A stretch of DNA of 64,000 bases from Lama glama (Eukaryota): contig CM052816.1 in assembly GCA_028534125.1 (NCBI GenBank), positions 18,850,001-18,914,000 of the forward strand, written 5' to 3'. Position numbers and translations under genes: made by a program. Within the stretch, counting starts at the first letter, position 1. Each line of letters opens with the position of its first letter. Shown piece after piece: positions 1 through 12,199 of this stretch. Below the pieces are notes generated by a model that worked only from the letters and a program-made list of their open reading frames with translations, did no database searches and was not told the DNA's origin.

Positions 1-794
1 TTGAAGTCAAGATGATTTTGATTTAGAAAAAAATTAATGTAAACATAATTCTTAAACCTAAATAATGTGGTGGTTGCAAATTTATAGACTATAAACACAT
101 TCCCTCACCTACAGTCACAATCTTACTACCATGCGCTGCACAAAGAGCAGCCCGCAGGACACAGAAGATATGAGTCAACATGGCGAACGGGGTCAAAAAT
201 GAGAGAGAGGCCAAACGTGGATGTCAGTGGGGAATAACAATGAACCTGAAGAAACTCGTGTTGGTCCAGGTCCCCTCCCCTCTAAATCCTTGCAGAAAAG
301 AATATTAATAAAATAAAACTCCAAATCCAATCCCGGAGCAATAACAGAACACCAGTGCCAAACTTCACAGCCATGGGAAGGCTGTACAGAGCTAAGCAAT
401 CTGGGTTCAGCATTTCTCGGCTGAAATTCTTGAAAGCTTGTAATGCTCAGGCCAAAATGCTCTGGAAACCAAGGTCTGTGGAAAATGCAAACTTTATGAA
501 TCACACATGTGGCCACAAAGCCCCCTCTGCAGCTCTGAGTGAAAAGATTTGCACAGATATCTGTCCCCACACTGAGGACCACCGGGGCTGAGGCAGAGGC
601 ATACCATGGGTCCTGGAGATGACAGAAAACCCACTTAGCCTCATGGGATTTTCTTGGCAAACTCTGAAAAATACAAGTGGGGTTCTGGACTGGAATTAGA
701 CATGATAGATAAAGGGGCCACTTCCCTTTGCTTGAGGGGACATGCTTGGAGAAGGAAGACTCACGAGGCGAAATGTATCCTTTTCCAGCTACTT

Positions 795-915
795 GCCCTC
801 TTTGTTCCTCCCTTCTCCCATCTGTGAGACGGGATGATAATAACATTTGTCTCACGGGGCAGCTGGGAGGGTGATACTAGCTAATATATGTGAAGCACGT
901 TGGAACGGCCAACGT
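795..915 (+). mobile_element. MIR SINE fragment (core and 3' part)
   Basis: cccatctgtgagacgggatgataataac...tatgtgaagcacgttggaac resembles the MIR consensus catctgtaaaatggggataataatag...gtaaagcacttagaac. Confidence 0.7.
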
Positions 916-1204
916 TAAGTCCTCACCTGCAGCAAGCACTCCAGTAAAGCTGAAGTTTCAGAATTTCTCCCCCAAGCTGCATCTCTTCCAGCACTCCTCC
1001 TAAATTTTCATTTATACTTTATAGATCTCAGATTCCCTTCCCACTTTGTCTCCCAACAACCTATTCTCAATCTGGAGAGCGTCCCACTCACTGTCATAGG
1101 ATCTAAGGACAGGAAAAGCCCTCCCCAGTCCCTCAGCTTCCGCCCCTGCCCCCAGGCAGAGCTCTGTTCACACCGACTCCGACAGCTGGTTGTCGTTTCC
1201 AGAC

Positions 1205-1270
1205 AGGAAATATTTATCGAGCATACACTCTGGGCCAAGCCCTGTGCTCAGTGCTGCAGGAATACATGCA
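1205..1270 (-). mobile_element. L2 3'-end fragment
   Basis: aaatatttatcgagcatacactctgggccaagccctgtgctcagtgctg resembles the reverse L2 tail aaatatttattgagcacctactatgtgccaggcactgtgct. Confidence 0.6.
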
Positions 1271-1274
1271 GGAG

Positions 1275-1549
1275 CAGGGTAGGCTGGGCTCTTGCAGTCT
1301 ATGTGGGACAAGTGGAAACTCAGACAGGATTGGATACTGCTGTCTTGAGGCAGAATGTCTTCTTTTCTGGGAAACCTCAGTTTTTGCTCTTATGGCCTTC
1401 AACTGATTAGATGGGGCCCACCCACATTATGGAGGGCAATCTCCTTTACATCAACTGATTATAGATGCTAACCACATCTAGATTACAGTCTGATTAAATA
1501 ACTGGCTTCTGTAGCATAGCCAAGCTGACATAGAAAATTAACCATCACA
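1275..1549 (-). mobile_element. MLT2-type ERVL solo LTR, partial
   Basis: Ends in ccaagctgacatagaaaattaaccatcaca (reverse complement of the MLT2 start tgtgatggttaatttt..tgtca.cttgg); internal ggccttcaactgatt..ggcccacccacattatggagggcaat. Confidence 0.75.
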
Positions 1550-1784
1550 CGTAGATTCATTTGCCTTTATTCTCCCCACTTCACGTCTGGCTTTTCTTCC
1601 TGACCACCAGCTCTGTGACCTACAGCAACTTCAGGCCTACCATGAGATGCAGAGAAAACAGATTTCCATTGACTTCACCAGTTTCCACAGTTGCACTAGC
1701 TCTGCATTCCTATAATCTTTTATTACATTTCACTCATAATGGTGGGACTTTGTACCAATGTACTCAATTTATGTGCTCTTGAGT

Positions 1785-2226
1785 GCCATCCACAGGAAAG
1801 TGCCAAACCTCAGAACTTGCTCCAGGGTTACCTGGGAGGATGTCAGGAAGACTGTTCATGTAGAGGCGCCTTGCTGGTAGCATTCCAGGGTGACACTGCC
1901 AGAGAAGATGTCAGAAGAAGATCCTGGCCACTAGGCACTTCTGGCTACAGCATGCTTACAGGAACCAGGAGCTCAAGAAGCCAACCTCTGCAGGTAGAGT
2001 GCTGGAGAAAGCATACTCTTCAAGAGCGTGGCAAGAGAGAAACATTGGAATCAGGAAGAGGAAATATCTTCCTCCTCTATGTCCTGTCAGGGTTCTCTAC
2101 TTGATCAGACCTAATATTGTGCCAGCTGGCAAAGAAGAAACATTTATAGAGCCTACCTCCATTCCAACACAGCTGGTCAAGAAGGGCAAGTTTAGAGCTG
2201 AGAGCAAGAGATTTGATCTTAGCACA
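1785..2226 (-). mobile_element. ERVL-class LTR (LTR41/LTR52-like), putative 3' LTR, truncated
   Basis: Shares exact blocks with 4141-4940: actgccagagaagatgt (1895-1911 / 4573-4589) and tgccagctggcaaag (2120-2134 / 4836-4850). Starts tgtg on minus, right after a degenerate PPT-like gtagccaaaggcattgac. Confidence 0.7.
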
Positions 2227-4140
2227 GTCAATGCCTTTGGCTACTCAGTTTCCACATGCACACTTCAGCACACATTTGAACTTCTATGTAACAAAGAAGT
2301 AATGCTATATTTCTACCTCATAAGATACAACTATCCTCATTTCAAGTGAAGAATTTCTTATACTATCCCAAAATGAAGAGATCCACTGTCCTAACAGTCA
2401 TTGCATCTACCACTGTAGCTGTACTAATTACTTCTGGATCCATCACAAACCCACTGAATAACCCATTCTCTAAAGACTAAATTGTACAGTTAACCTCCAG
2501 TAACTTGCATAGAAAGAAAAAATGGAAAGGAGAGAGAAGAAATTAGTTAGCAGCTACAAATAAACATATACGTAAAATAAACAAGAGAAAACATGCAAAG
2601 CTACTATAGTCTTGTTTTCTATACTTGTTCTTGAGGTCATAATCGATACATATGGCTTCTTCCTCCACTAACCATTCTGTACTTTCCCCGTGCTCAGTTA
2701 GGACCTCAGCTGGCTGGGGTTCTTTATCCAGTGGAGTGACTGAAACCTTGATTTCCAAACAGCCTGAGTCCTCCTTCACCCTGCCTGTTTCTTCGGTTGC
2801 TGTAGCTTTTGGTTGACACCTACTATGGGACATGGAAGTACTAAGAGGCACCCCAGAGAATCCCTTGGGTTCCAGAGTCTTCCTTTCCTCCAATGTGTAG
2901 TTACAACCCAATTACCCTTTGGTAATCAGGATCAATCATTCAGCGAGTAGAGTTAACTCCTTTTTGTTGATTCAATGGCATAAGAAATCCAAAGTGACAA
3001 GTTCTCATCTTTCAATTTAATGAAATCACAGTTGCAGCTCCTGCTTGAAATGTTCCCCACTGGGGGAGTAAAACCTACCAGCCAGCAGAGATCCAGGATA
3101 CCTGAACAGGAAGCAAGGTTCCTGAGCATGGATTACTTGGCATAATAGTAAGAGAGGCAACTCCCATTTATACCCTTTGATTCCTAGACCTGTGTATTTT
3201 GGCTATGGAAAGACAGTACCGTATTATGGTTCTTGATTCAGAGTGTATACTATGTCCTGTAAGACAGAACCCCATTCTTTCAGAATGTTGTCTCACAAAA
3301 GGTACTGCAACTGAGTCTTTAGTTAGTCATTGCACCTCCCAATTTGCCCAGTCACTTCTAGTTAATGGGGAACATGGTAAGACCAGTTAGTTCCAGGGGA
3401 TGGGCACTAGCCAACTGCTGTACTTCTTTGCTGAGAAATGGGTTACTTGACTAGAAGCAATGCTATGAAGAATGCCGTGGTGAATTATGGATAATGGTGC
3501 TGTAGATGCACTACATGCAGAGAAAGCAAATCGATACCTAGAAAAATGTGTCTATTCCAGGGATGACAAATATCTGCCTCATTCGTGATAGAAGAGGTCC
3601 AATATAATCAGGCAGCTGGCTAATTACTCCAGGGAATGGTGTCATATCAGGGGCTCAGTGTTGGTCTCTGCTCTAGGCAGACTAGGCATCCAACCATAGT
3701 ATTAACCAGGACAGTCACTGTGTTGAGGAGTTCATGCTAAGCCCTTGTATAGACTCCATCCCTGCCACCATGGCTCCTTTATTCATGGGTCTCTTAAACA
3801 AGCACCGGGGTGGCTGGGAAAGAGGCTGACCAATGCCTCCAGAGCACGTCATTTTGTCTACCTGATGATTAACCTCCTCCACAGTGGATTCCCTTTGGAC
3901 AGCCACAGGGGACACAAACATCTTCAGTTTGTGTCCGTCTGTGGATGAGAGCAGTCTACCCACATACCTCTTCCCTAGACTTGCTTGTCACTAATCTTCT
4001 AATCATATTTCTTCCAATTCCCTGACCGTCCAGCCAAACCACTGGTAACTGCCCATAAATCTATGTAGATCCGTACTTCCAATCATCTCTCATTCACACT
4101 AGTGGACAATGAAGTGTACTGCTCAAAATTCTGCCCACAG
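2227..4140 (-). mobile_element. Decayed ERVL internal region: RNase H, integrase and dUTPase remnants
   Basis: Minus-strand fragments: ORF 3715-3963 KMFVSPVAVQRESTVEEVNHQVDKMT resembles ERVL KIFVSHVNAHQRVTSAEEDFNNQVDRMT; integrase-like QRPTLSP..DYIGPL..GIDT and HHGILHSIAS; dUTPase-like IDPDYQ near 2920-2940. Many stops and frameshifts. Confidence 0.85.
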
Positions 4141-4940
4141 AGTCCTATCAGGACATAGAAACCACATAACAATTTAAATTAAAAAATTAACATAAACAAT
4201 TGTTAATAGGAGATTGGTGTAATGGGGAATTGGCCAATAAGATTTGGAGAGTCTAAACAATGCAGGAAGAGCAGATACAGGGAGAAGCCACTAGCCCTAG
4301 GGCTGAAATACAGCTCTAGTGCCAAGGAAGAGTCCCTCACCAGGGACTGGGATCTAGATCTCAGAGATGGCACAGTCATGTCTCACTAGATGGCAGAAAA
4401 ATCACTAGATGCTTCACTGGTAGGACGTGCCAGGAATCTGCCCTCTGGTATGTCAGGAGAAGGTGTTCACACAGAGGTGCCACAGCTCAGAACTCAATGT
4501 AAAGTCATTTGACAGAGTACTGGAGGAGGCCATTCACATGGAGGTGCCTAGCAGGTGTTATTCCTCAGGGAAACTGCCAGAGAAGATGTAGGGCAAAGCC
4601 ATAGCCACTGGCCATTGCTGGAGAATAAGCCACTTCTGCAGAAGCCAGGCACTAGAGGAAGATGTCCCTTTCAGGAGCCTGGCACAGCAGAAACCATGTG
4701 CTCTCAAAACCTGAGCACTGGAGAAAGCATGCTCTGCAGGAGCCTGGAAAACGAGGTCCACAGAAACCGGGAAGAGAAAACCCTTCCTTTCTCCAGTGTT
4801 CCTCCAATGTCCTCTATTGACAAGGCTTAGCAACATGCCAGCTGGCAAAGGGAAAAAATTTACAAAGCCCACCTCCAATATCACAGAGCAGGCAAATAAC
4901 AGTGGGTTTGGAGCTGAGTGGCAATAAAGTTGATAACTGG
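4141..4940 (-). mobile_element. ERVL-class LTR (LTR41/LTR52-like), putative 5' LTR
   Basis: Minus strand begins gccagttatcaactttattgccactcagctccaaacccac and ends ggtttctatgtcctgataggac, a typical ERVL LTR 3' end; homologous to 1785-2226. Confidence 0.7.
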
Positions 4941-5084
4941 CCTGGGGAGAGAGTGCTAGGAGATGGGGTCAGAGAGGAAGGCAGGGAACAGACTAACACA
5001 CAACAGTACATTATTCTGTATATAAACTGAGCAGATACATCCCTTTTTCTTTTTTCTTAAATGATTCTGTGATTTTACTTATTT

Positions 5085-5290
5085 TTAAATGTTTATTTAA
5101 CTTATTGAATGAAAGGTTCTTTAAATTCTACAGTACTTTACAATTTTCAGAAGTTTAACACACATGATTTCATATAGTCCCATAATAACACTTTTTACCC
5201 CCAAACCTATATTGCCCTTCTCCCCTTCTCTCTCCTCCTGGGTAACCACTAGTTTGTTCTCTATATCTGTGACTCTGCTTCTCTTTGGAT
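5085..5290 (-). mobile_element. L1 3' UTR terminal fragment
   Basis: Minus strand gtcacagatatagagaacaaactagtggttacc..G-rich tract..A-rich tail, as in laurasiatherian L1 3' UTRs. Confidence 0.75.
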
Positions 5291-6261
5291 GTGTGTTCTG
5301 AGTTCTAAGCAAACTACCCTTTCAAAGCAACTCCTGTGGGTCTGAACACTGAACTGGGACACTGAACTGAGCACCTCCTCTCATTTCTCCAGAACCTGGC
5401 TAACAGTAGATGCTTAATAATAATCAGTTTCTTTGTAAAAAGAGTTTTCCAGCTCCACGCCATCAGCATGTGACTGTAATTTACCCCCAGGGTTATCCGT
5501 CACCCCGTGGTCCTCCTTCTCTGAGGCAGCAGCCTCCCAATGACATCAGCTGATTCCTGAGAAATCAGTGTGTGTGTGGAGGCTCCTTCCACCCCATGTG
5601 AAGGAAGCATCGTCCTCAGTCACTCTCACTGAAGCTCTAACCTCTTGGATGCTGACAAAGTCCCTCCATCCTCATGACTAAGCTTGGAGTACCAGTGATG
5701 GAAAGGGGATGGGAGGGGGAAGCCGTCTTTGACATACCTTGGCGTTGGTTCACAATTTTGGTTTCTCTTTGCCCTTTGTAAGCCAGTCTTTTAGAAAGAG
5801 AAATGGAGAAGCAAACAGCCTATCTGGGATTTGGGGGACTTTGAGGTAAGGAAAAGAGTAGTCACATTCGGTCACTGAACTCCTTCAAATATCTGCAGCT
5901 GTAGCCTTGATTGCATAAACATCTCAGCTCAGGACTTACTGAATGAAGAATGTCTTAGACAAGGAGTGTTCCAAGAGATCCACAGCCTTCTCCAAGGTTC
6001 TCGAGACTATGGATGAACTGCTCATCGATGCTCCCTTCTTTTCTTCCCCCCTTGCCTCTCTGGTTTGCCCTCATTTCCTGCAAATATATCCAGTCAAACA
6101 TATGCTGAGTCTCTGCCTAGATGGCTATGACTCTTTTCAGCTTACCTTCAAGAAGGGGTGCTGGGGCTCTGCCTCTGGGAGCTCACCATCCCATCAAGGA
6201 TGAGAGTCCCACCCCTGGAAGAGTCAGAGTAACCAGGACAGCAGCTGATGAAGGTCTATGA

Positions 6262-6424
6262 CCCTGCTTCTCAAACTCTAAGGAGTGTAAGAATCACTTT
6301 GGGTCTTCTCAAAATGCAGATCCTAATTTAGAAGGTTTAAGGAAAGCCCAGAGAACCTGTGTTTCTAACAACTCCAAGTGATGTCAAAGCTACCAAACCA
6401 TGGACAACACTTTGAATAGCAAGG
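6262..6424. mobile_element. MER5-type hAT-Charlie DNA transposon
   Basis: cttctcaaact...aaaatgcagat...tttctaacaactccaagtgatg...cactttgaatagcaagg. Confidence 0.7.
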
Positions 6425-7169
6425 ATCTCCAGTGTGTGGTTTAGACATCCAGGTGGACACAGGAACTCATAAGCCCAGAAGACACAGGCTTCCACAAGGT
6501 CTAGGAAGTTGGACAAAGCTTCACAGAATTGCTGGCCCTGGGAATGTGTCTCAAAGGCCAGGAGGTTTTGTGGGGGGTGGGGTGGTGTCCATTGTGGGGT
6601 GCACCCATGGTCTGCAGAGGAGGCAGCACCCTCATTGCCTTATTTCCCCCATCACAACCACTGCTCTCTGAGGCCCAGCCTTCTGATTCAACTACACCCT
6701 TCTCCTGCTCAGCAGGCCCTCCTTCCAGGAGCTGGATCAAGCACACACTGTGTGTCACAGTCAAGTTCCTCTTCCCACTCTGTTCCTTCTCTGACCCATG
6801 AGGGCAGGAGAAGGACACTTCAGGAAGAACTTCTGCCTACTCTCTCCTTGAGCAATTATGGCCCAACTGGAACAATGGGATTGCAGGAAATATAAACACG
6901 CAGATTTGGGGGAAATATGAGTCACTGCAAGGCAAGGACAAAAGATGAGGATGGCCTCAGACAATGACTGGCAGGGGAAGTGGGTGGAGGTGGGAAAGCC
7001 TCCATGAATTCACTCTGTGTTTGAATGGTCCCTGCGGAGCTGTGATTTTCAGCTTCTTAGTCAAGAGTCTGGCATTTAGCTGCATCGATGTCATGCTTAG
7101 TCCAGTGGGCAAGGCTTGTCCACTCCTAGGATGCTGATCGGTGCACACAAACAGTCCTCTTTTCATGCT

Positions 7170-7575
7170 GCCCACACAACCATCCTAGTCCAAAGCCACC
7201 TCCGACTGAGGACGTACAGGCAAGCAAACCCTACCTGTGCGTCTTCAATTCAAACCCCTCTGCAGCCCAGCCCCCGTAGCTGTGTCTGCCAGGGACTCCC
7301 TGTCCCCCACCCTCAGCACACTGACACCCCCAACCCCTCAAGTATCAGAGTGAAGTCACCTCCACAGAGAGTCCTCCCAGACCTCGTTGTCTGAGCCCAC
7401 CCACCATTATCATCAGGGCCCCCTGTCTGCCACTGTCATCACTTTCTTATCTGTGACTCACATGTTTACGTTCTTTCTCTCCTGCCAGGCTCCAGCCACC
7501 ACCAAGTCAGGCACCAGCCCTGGACCTGGCAGCTACCGGCCACTCAACAAACACTCAATGAAGGGAAGAATGAAG
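7170..7575 (+). mobile_element. L2 3' fragments
   Basis: catcctagtccaaagccacc; gtcacctccacagagagtcctccc; ends cactcaacaaacactcaatgaagggaagaatgaa. Confidence 0.5.
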
Positions 7576-8334
7576 CCCTAAAGACTCAATACAAGGGGTT
7601 CCCCAGCCAATGGACACCAAGTTGATCATTTACGGTAACTTATTTTCTAATGTGTATTGTTAGCTACATAACTCCTTCTCTATCCTAAAGCACTCTCATC
7701 CCAGAACCCTGAGGACCCCCCACCTAGAGGCTTTTGTGGATGCTGTGGCTGCCAGACCTCCCCCGACCACCCCAGGGAGAGGGCAGGTCACAGGCCAGAG
7801 TTTAGCCATGGCCTCTGCTCCGTTTTCCTGTAAGTGGATTTGCTGGGGACCTTAGTGCCTGCTTGTTTGGCTCTGATGAGGCTCCAAAGCAGGCAACACG
7901 GAGTCCACAGGACTCTCCTCAAGGGGAGCTGGGAGGTCAGGGTTGCAGGTTTCAAGCCCTTGCTCCTGGGAGAGAGCTGGAAAGACTGTCACCACAGCTG
8001 GCAGAGAAGGAGGTATCCAGGCTGCTGGCTTGCACCAGCTCTGGGCAGCCGGGGAGAGGTCCTCCAGGCCCCCAGGGCAACCATCCCCGAAGGGCCACCC
8101 CGTGCCTTTGCCTCTCCCTGACTCCCCGTGCTCTCACTGCAGTCATGGTCCACAGACCAGCAGAAAGGGCTTTCTAAGCACTGTTTACATTCTTGCCATT
8201 TTTGCCTGTGTTTAGGCTTACTAAAAAACGCATCTTAAACATTTATAAGCAATCATAGGCCCTCATGGATTTCAAATAAACTTTTCTATAAAGCAGTCAA
8301 CCTCAGAGTCTCCATCCCCGCAAGATTCATAAAC

Positions 8335-8485
8335 CCTCCATGCTGGTAGGCCCTTAAAGCTCCCAGTGTTTTTGCTTTATAGATGGAGAAACTAAGGCCC
8401 CAGGAGAGGCAGGGACCCACGCAAGCTCACTGGGCCCTTAGTGGCAAGCTGGGGCTGGAGTGCAGGACTCCTGCCTCCAAAGCTC
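8335..8485 (-). mobile_element. MIR fragment
   Basis: tttatagatggagaaactaaggcccaggagagg...ttagtggcaagctggggctggag..caggactcctgcctcc. Confidence 0.7.
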
Positions 8486-9669
8486 TACAATTCCCATTTC
8501 ATGTGTGAAACATCTGAGCCCATCAGCGTGCTGCCTCCAAGGGCATGTGGTTCTCGTTTTTAAGAGAACAAACCAATTTGAGGTTTCAAAGTATTAATGT
8601 GCTTAGGATTCAGAGAAAGAATGTTTGTTAAGTGCACATTCTTGGTCGTCAGCCATCCCCGCACCAAGCAGGCTGGCTGCCTGATGTGAGTGCCCTGGGA
8701 CTCAGTGTGTTGGGCGTCTGCTGTGCAACTCTGAGACACAGGCCCCCAAACTGCTCGGATGGTGGCATGGTTCTACGTAAAAGTGCCAGGCCTGAGAGGC
8801 TCCCCAGAGAGCAGGTCCTGAAAGGAGAAGACAGGGCTCTGCCCTCTCCAGCCAGAGCAAGGGTTGAGGGTCTTCATGTCAAATTACTCCAGTGGGGCTG
8901 GGGAACACCCACTCTTCATAAGCACCACACAAGGCCCAGAAATAGAGATCCCCGCTAAGGTGTCTCATCTCAGAATGGAAAACAGCTCTCAGAGCCCCCA
9001 GAAGCTACCACAAGGCCTGAAGCCAGAGAGGAAGGTCTACTGTGAAGCCAGAAGATGCCGTGCAGGCCCTAAGGCCCCTGGGCCACCGCCTTGCTCTCTC
9101 CATGATCACAGGTCTAACAGGAACCTGAACAAACCTCTCTCTAAACCTCTACAGTGGTGCTTCCTAGCAGGGCTCTGAGAGCTGAAGCCTACACTCCAAG
9201 GAATTAGGTTTCAATGAAAGCTGTGGGCTGCTTCCCATCACAGGACATCTTCTGCAGAGTACACTTGACCCTGCACTGGTGTAGGGTGAGAGAGAGGGTC
9301 AAGGATGTCTTGGGAGCCTCAGGAAGGCAGAAGGTGACCCCTTCCTAGCCATGGCCTCAGTGCAAAGACTTTGTGCCCCCTCTGTGTCCCAACGTCCAGA
9401 AGGACCCCTCTGCACATGCCCTAGGCTCTGTCCTCCGTAGGCTGGGAAGCTGAGGATTGGGGGAGCTCCAAGGACTGCCACCCTGGGCCCTGATGGTCTC
9501 CCCAAAGCAAAGAGATTTTAGGTGAGTTGTTTTTAGAGCCAAGTCCTGGATCACAGCCCCAAACCCTGGTTGTGCCCAGGACCTGTGCTTGACTGTGCCA
9601 TGTTTGAGACAAGAGAGGACATTGTTGCACTCTTCAGGGGTCTAGAGAACAACAGAAGTCTAATAAAAA

Positions 9670-9932
9670 TAAGTCTAAATGTGATTTAGTACCCTGGACT
9701 GGATCATGGAACAGTAAAAGGACACTGGTAGAAAAACTAGTAAAAGCCAAATAAAATCTTGACTTTAGTTAATAGTAATAGATCAGAGTTGGTTTCTTAG
9801 TCTTGACAAATGTATCATAGCTATGTAAGATGTCAACATTAGGGGAAACTGGGTGAGGCATATATGGGAACTCACTGTACTATCTTGGCAACTTCTCTAA
9901 AACTCAGATTATTTCAAAATAAAGCATTTATT
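9670..9932 (+). mobile_element. L1MC-type 3' UTR end
   Basis: ctggactggatcatggaacagtaaaaggacac...tgtaagatgtcaacattaggggaaactgggtgagg..atatgggaactcactgtactatctt..aaaataaag. Confidence 0.8.
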
Positions 9933-9939
9933 GAAGAAA

Positions 9940-10076
9940 GTAATCACTGAGTGTGCAATCATTATGTGTTAGTCATGGAACTGAGTACTTTCCCTGCACG
10001 ATCGCATTTAATCCTCCCCCAAACTTTATGGGGCTGCAATTATCATCTCCATTTTACAGCTGAGGAAACTGAGGCC
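9940..10076 (-). mobile_element. MIR fragment
   Basis: catttaatcctc...attatcatctccattttacagctgaggaaactgaggc. Confidence 0.8.
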
Positions 10077-11774
10077 AGCGCTGCAGAGATCCTGAGTCTA
10101 GGAAGGCAGAGGGTGGCAGCTCAGAGGTCACCAGCATGTGGAGGAGCAGAGGCCAGGACATTGTAGATTAACTCATGACATGGAAATCCAAGTCCGAGTA
10201 AAAGTGAGTGATTTGCCATAAGGCCCCTGATGCTTGGGGGTCTTCTAAACTCCCCCCAGAGCCTACCTTCCTCCCTGTGCAGCATCCGCTGTGGGGGCTG
10301 CCGCCACCCCTTTCCCTGCAGCGAGCAGATCCTTCCAGTGGGAAATTAAATTCCTTCCTATTTCCTCCTAAAGGGCCTTGGAACATAGCTCTCAGAAACT
10401 TATGAAGGGAAAACTCTTTCTTCCTTCTATTTATAGGATTTTTTCCAAGACTCAAAACACTTCCTAGGGGTCCTTTTTATACTCACAGAAAACTTGCAGT
10501 TGTTAATGAGTTTCTGGTTACGCAGGAGGCCGTCCATCCATCCTGCCGCCTGGCTGTGCCTGTTGGTGTGCAAATGGCCCTTGCCCTCCTCCCCGCCCCT
10601 GGCCCTCAGTACCCCTGCCAGGAACTGCTGTTGCAGGAGTTCTAGTTCTTTCTCCCCAAGCAGCCTGTTAGCGACATGGGCAGGGAGCAGGTCACAGACC
10701 CAGAGTTTTCTCTTTTCAGTATCTATGGTCTACCAGGTGCTGGGAACATGAATTCTTAGCTGCCATTGGTCAAAGATGAGCCACTGAAGAACAGAAAGAC
10801 CCAAGGCAGAGAGAAGGGGGTTTCCACGTGAGGCTCAATGGTCTCTGCCCTCAATTTCAATCATGAGCAAGGGAGACTGGGCTGGCTCATCCTTTCTGAA
10901 AACACTTCCCTAAGAAGAACTGTGGTCACAGACAGACCTGGTAGAACTCACGGCAACCCAGGATGAACTAGCACTCGATGCATGTGTCGGGCTTTGCTCT
11001 TAGCGGCTAAATCAGCCTCATTAGGACAAGTTCCCCTTTTCATCCTCAAGGTTTTGACCACTTCCTAGTGGTGACTCCAGCGACAAGGCCACAGCGGAGA
11101 TGCTGCTGGTCACTCTGGGGTATTTCAGCCTCAGTGAATAATTATGTGAACAAAATAACACGAAGTGGTTGCCAACAGCTATTAGACCTGTGAAAAATAA
11201 CAATGGAAAACTCAGTTGACTAGCTATCAAAAGGCCCTCACGTAAAGGAGGAAAGCAGCTGTGGCTTAACATCTGTAAATCTGAAATGCAACTTGAAAGA
11301 AGCAAACAACCAAAAGAAAAACTGTCTGCAAGTCCTTACCCGCGGAGTCATATCAAGGCTCCCGTACAGCATTTAATTGGCCAATTTGGTTTCATTCCAA
11401 GCTGGTGTGCACCTGAGCAGTGCAGAGACAGCCTTGCAGAATTTTTGGCTGCTTTAGAAAGGTGATAGGCGGAGTAGGGGACAGATAAGCTACCCCCATT
11501 GTTTCCAAATACAAGTTACTCTCCCAGAGGTCTCCCTCCTGAGACTGCACTCTGGTGGGTGAGTGCCTTCCCTGTGTGTATTCCCAGCCCTTTCTGCCAA
11601 CAGTGATGGCAGCAGAAGGCGCTGGTGGAAGGTACCTCCCTGCAGGTGGAATCAGCCCTAAGTGACAGCTTCATTGCCAACTCACACGTGGGAAAGTGGC
11701 CTCCTGGGAGTGAAGATGAGCAGGAAAATGACCTTCATGTCACTCTCTAGTCTCCTGAGGAATGCCCTATATGC

Positions 11775-11960
11775 TGTGCAAAGAGCATGGCTTTGGAATC
11801 ACATACATCTGGGTCTGACTTGGAGCTCCATCATTCATTAGCTGGGTGACCTTCAGCAGATGACTTAAACTCTCCAAGTTTTAGTTTCCTCATCTGCTTT
11901 GCAGGGCTGTGGTAAAGGCTAGAGATAATAAATACAAAAGCTTCAGCTTAGTGGCAGCAA
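11775..11960 (+). mobile_element. MIR
   Basis: aagagcatggctttggaatca...tagctgggtgaccttcagcagatgacttaaactctccaagttttagtttcctcatctg. Confidence 0.8.
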
Positions 11961-12199
11961 AGCAGATACACAGAAAAACAAATGCTGGCTTTCTCATGAA
12001 TATTAGCAGGTGGCATTGCCCCAGGGAGGCTAGCTACCTATGTACCTGGACTTAATCAGATGTTTCCATCAACCCCAAGTCTACACTCAGATTATACACA
12101 GCACTGCCCGAAATCCTCACAGCTCTGACAGTCTGCTTCACAAAGTTAGATCTCCAGAATCTTAGCTGTCTGCTTCTTCCACCACCTTCTTCACAAATG

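Noticed and set aside
193..855. Longest ORF in the track (220 aa, minus)
   Set aside because: Begins at a non-ATG codon inside a MIR, has no recognisable domain and looks like translated non-coding DNA.
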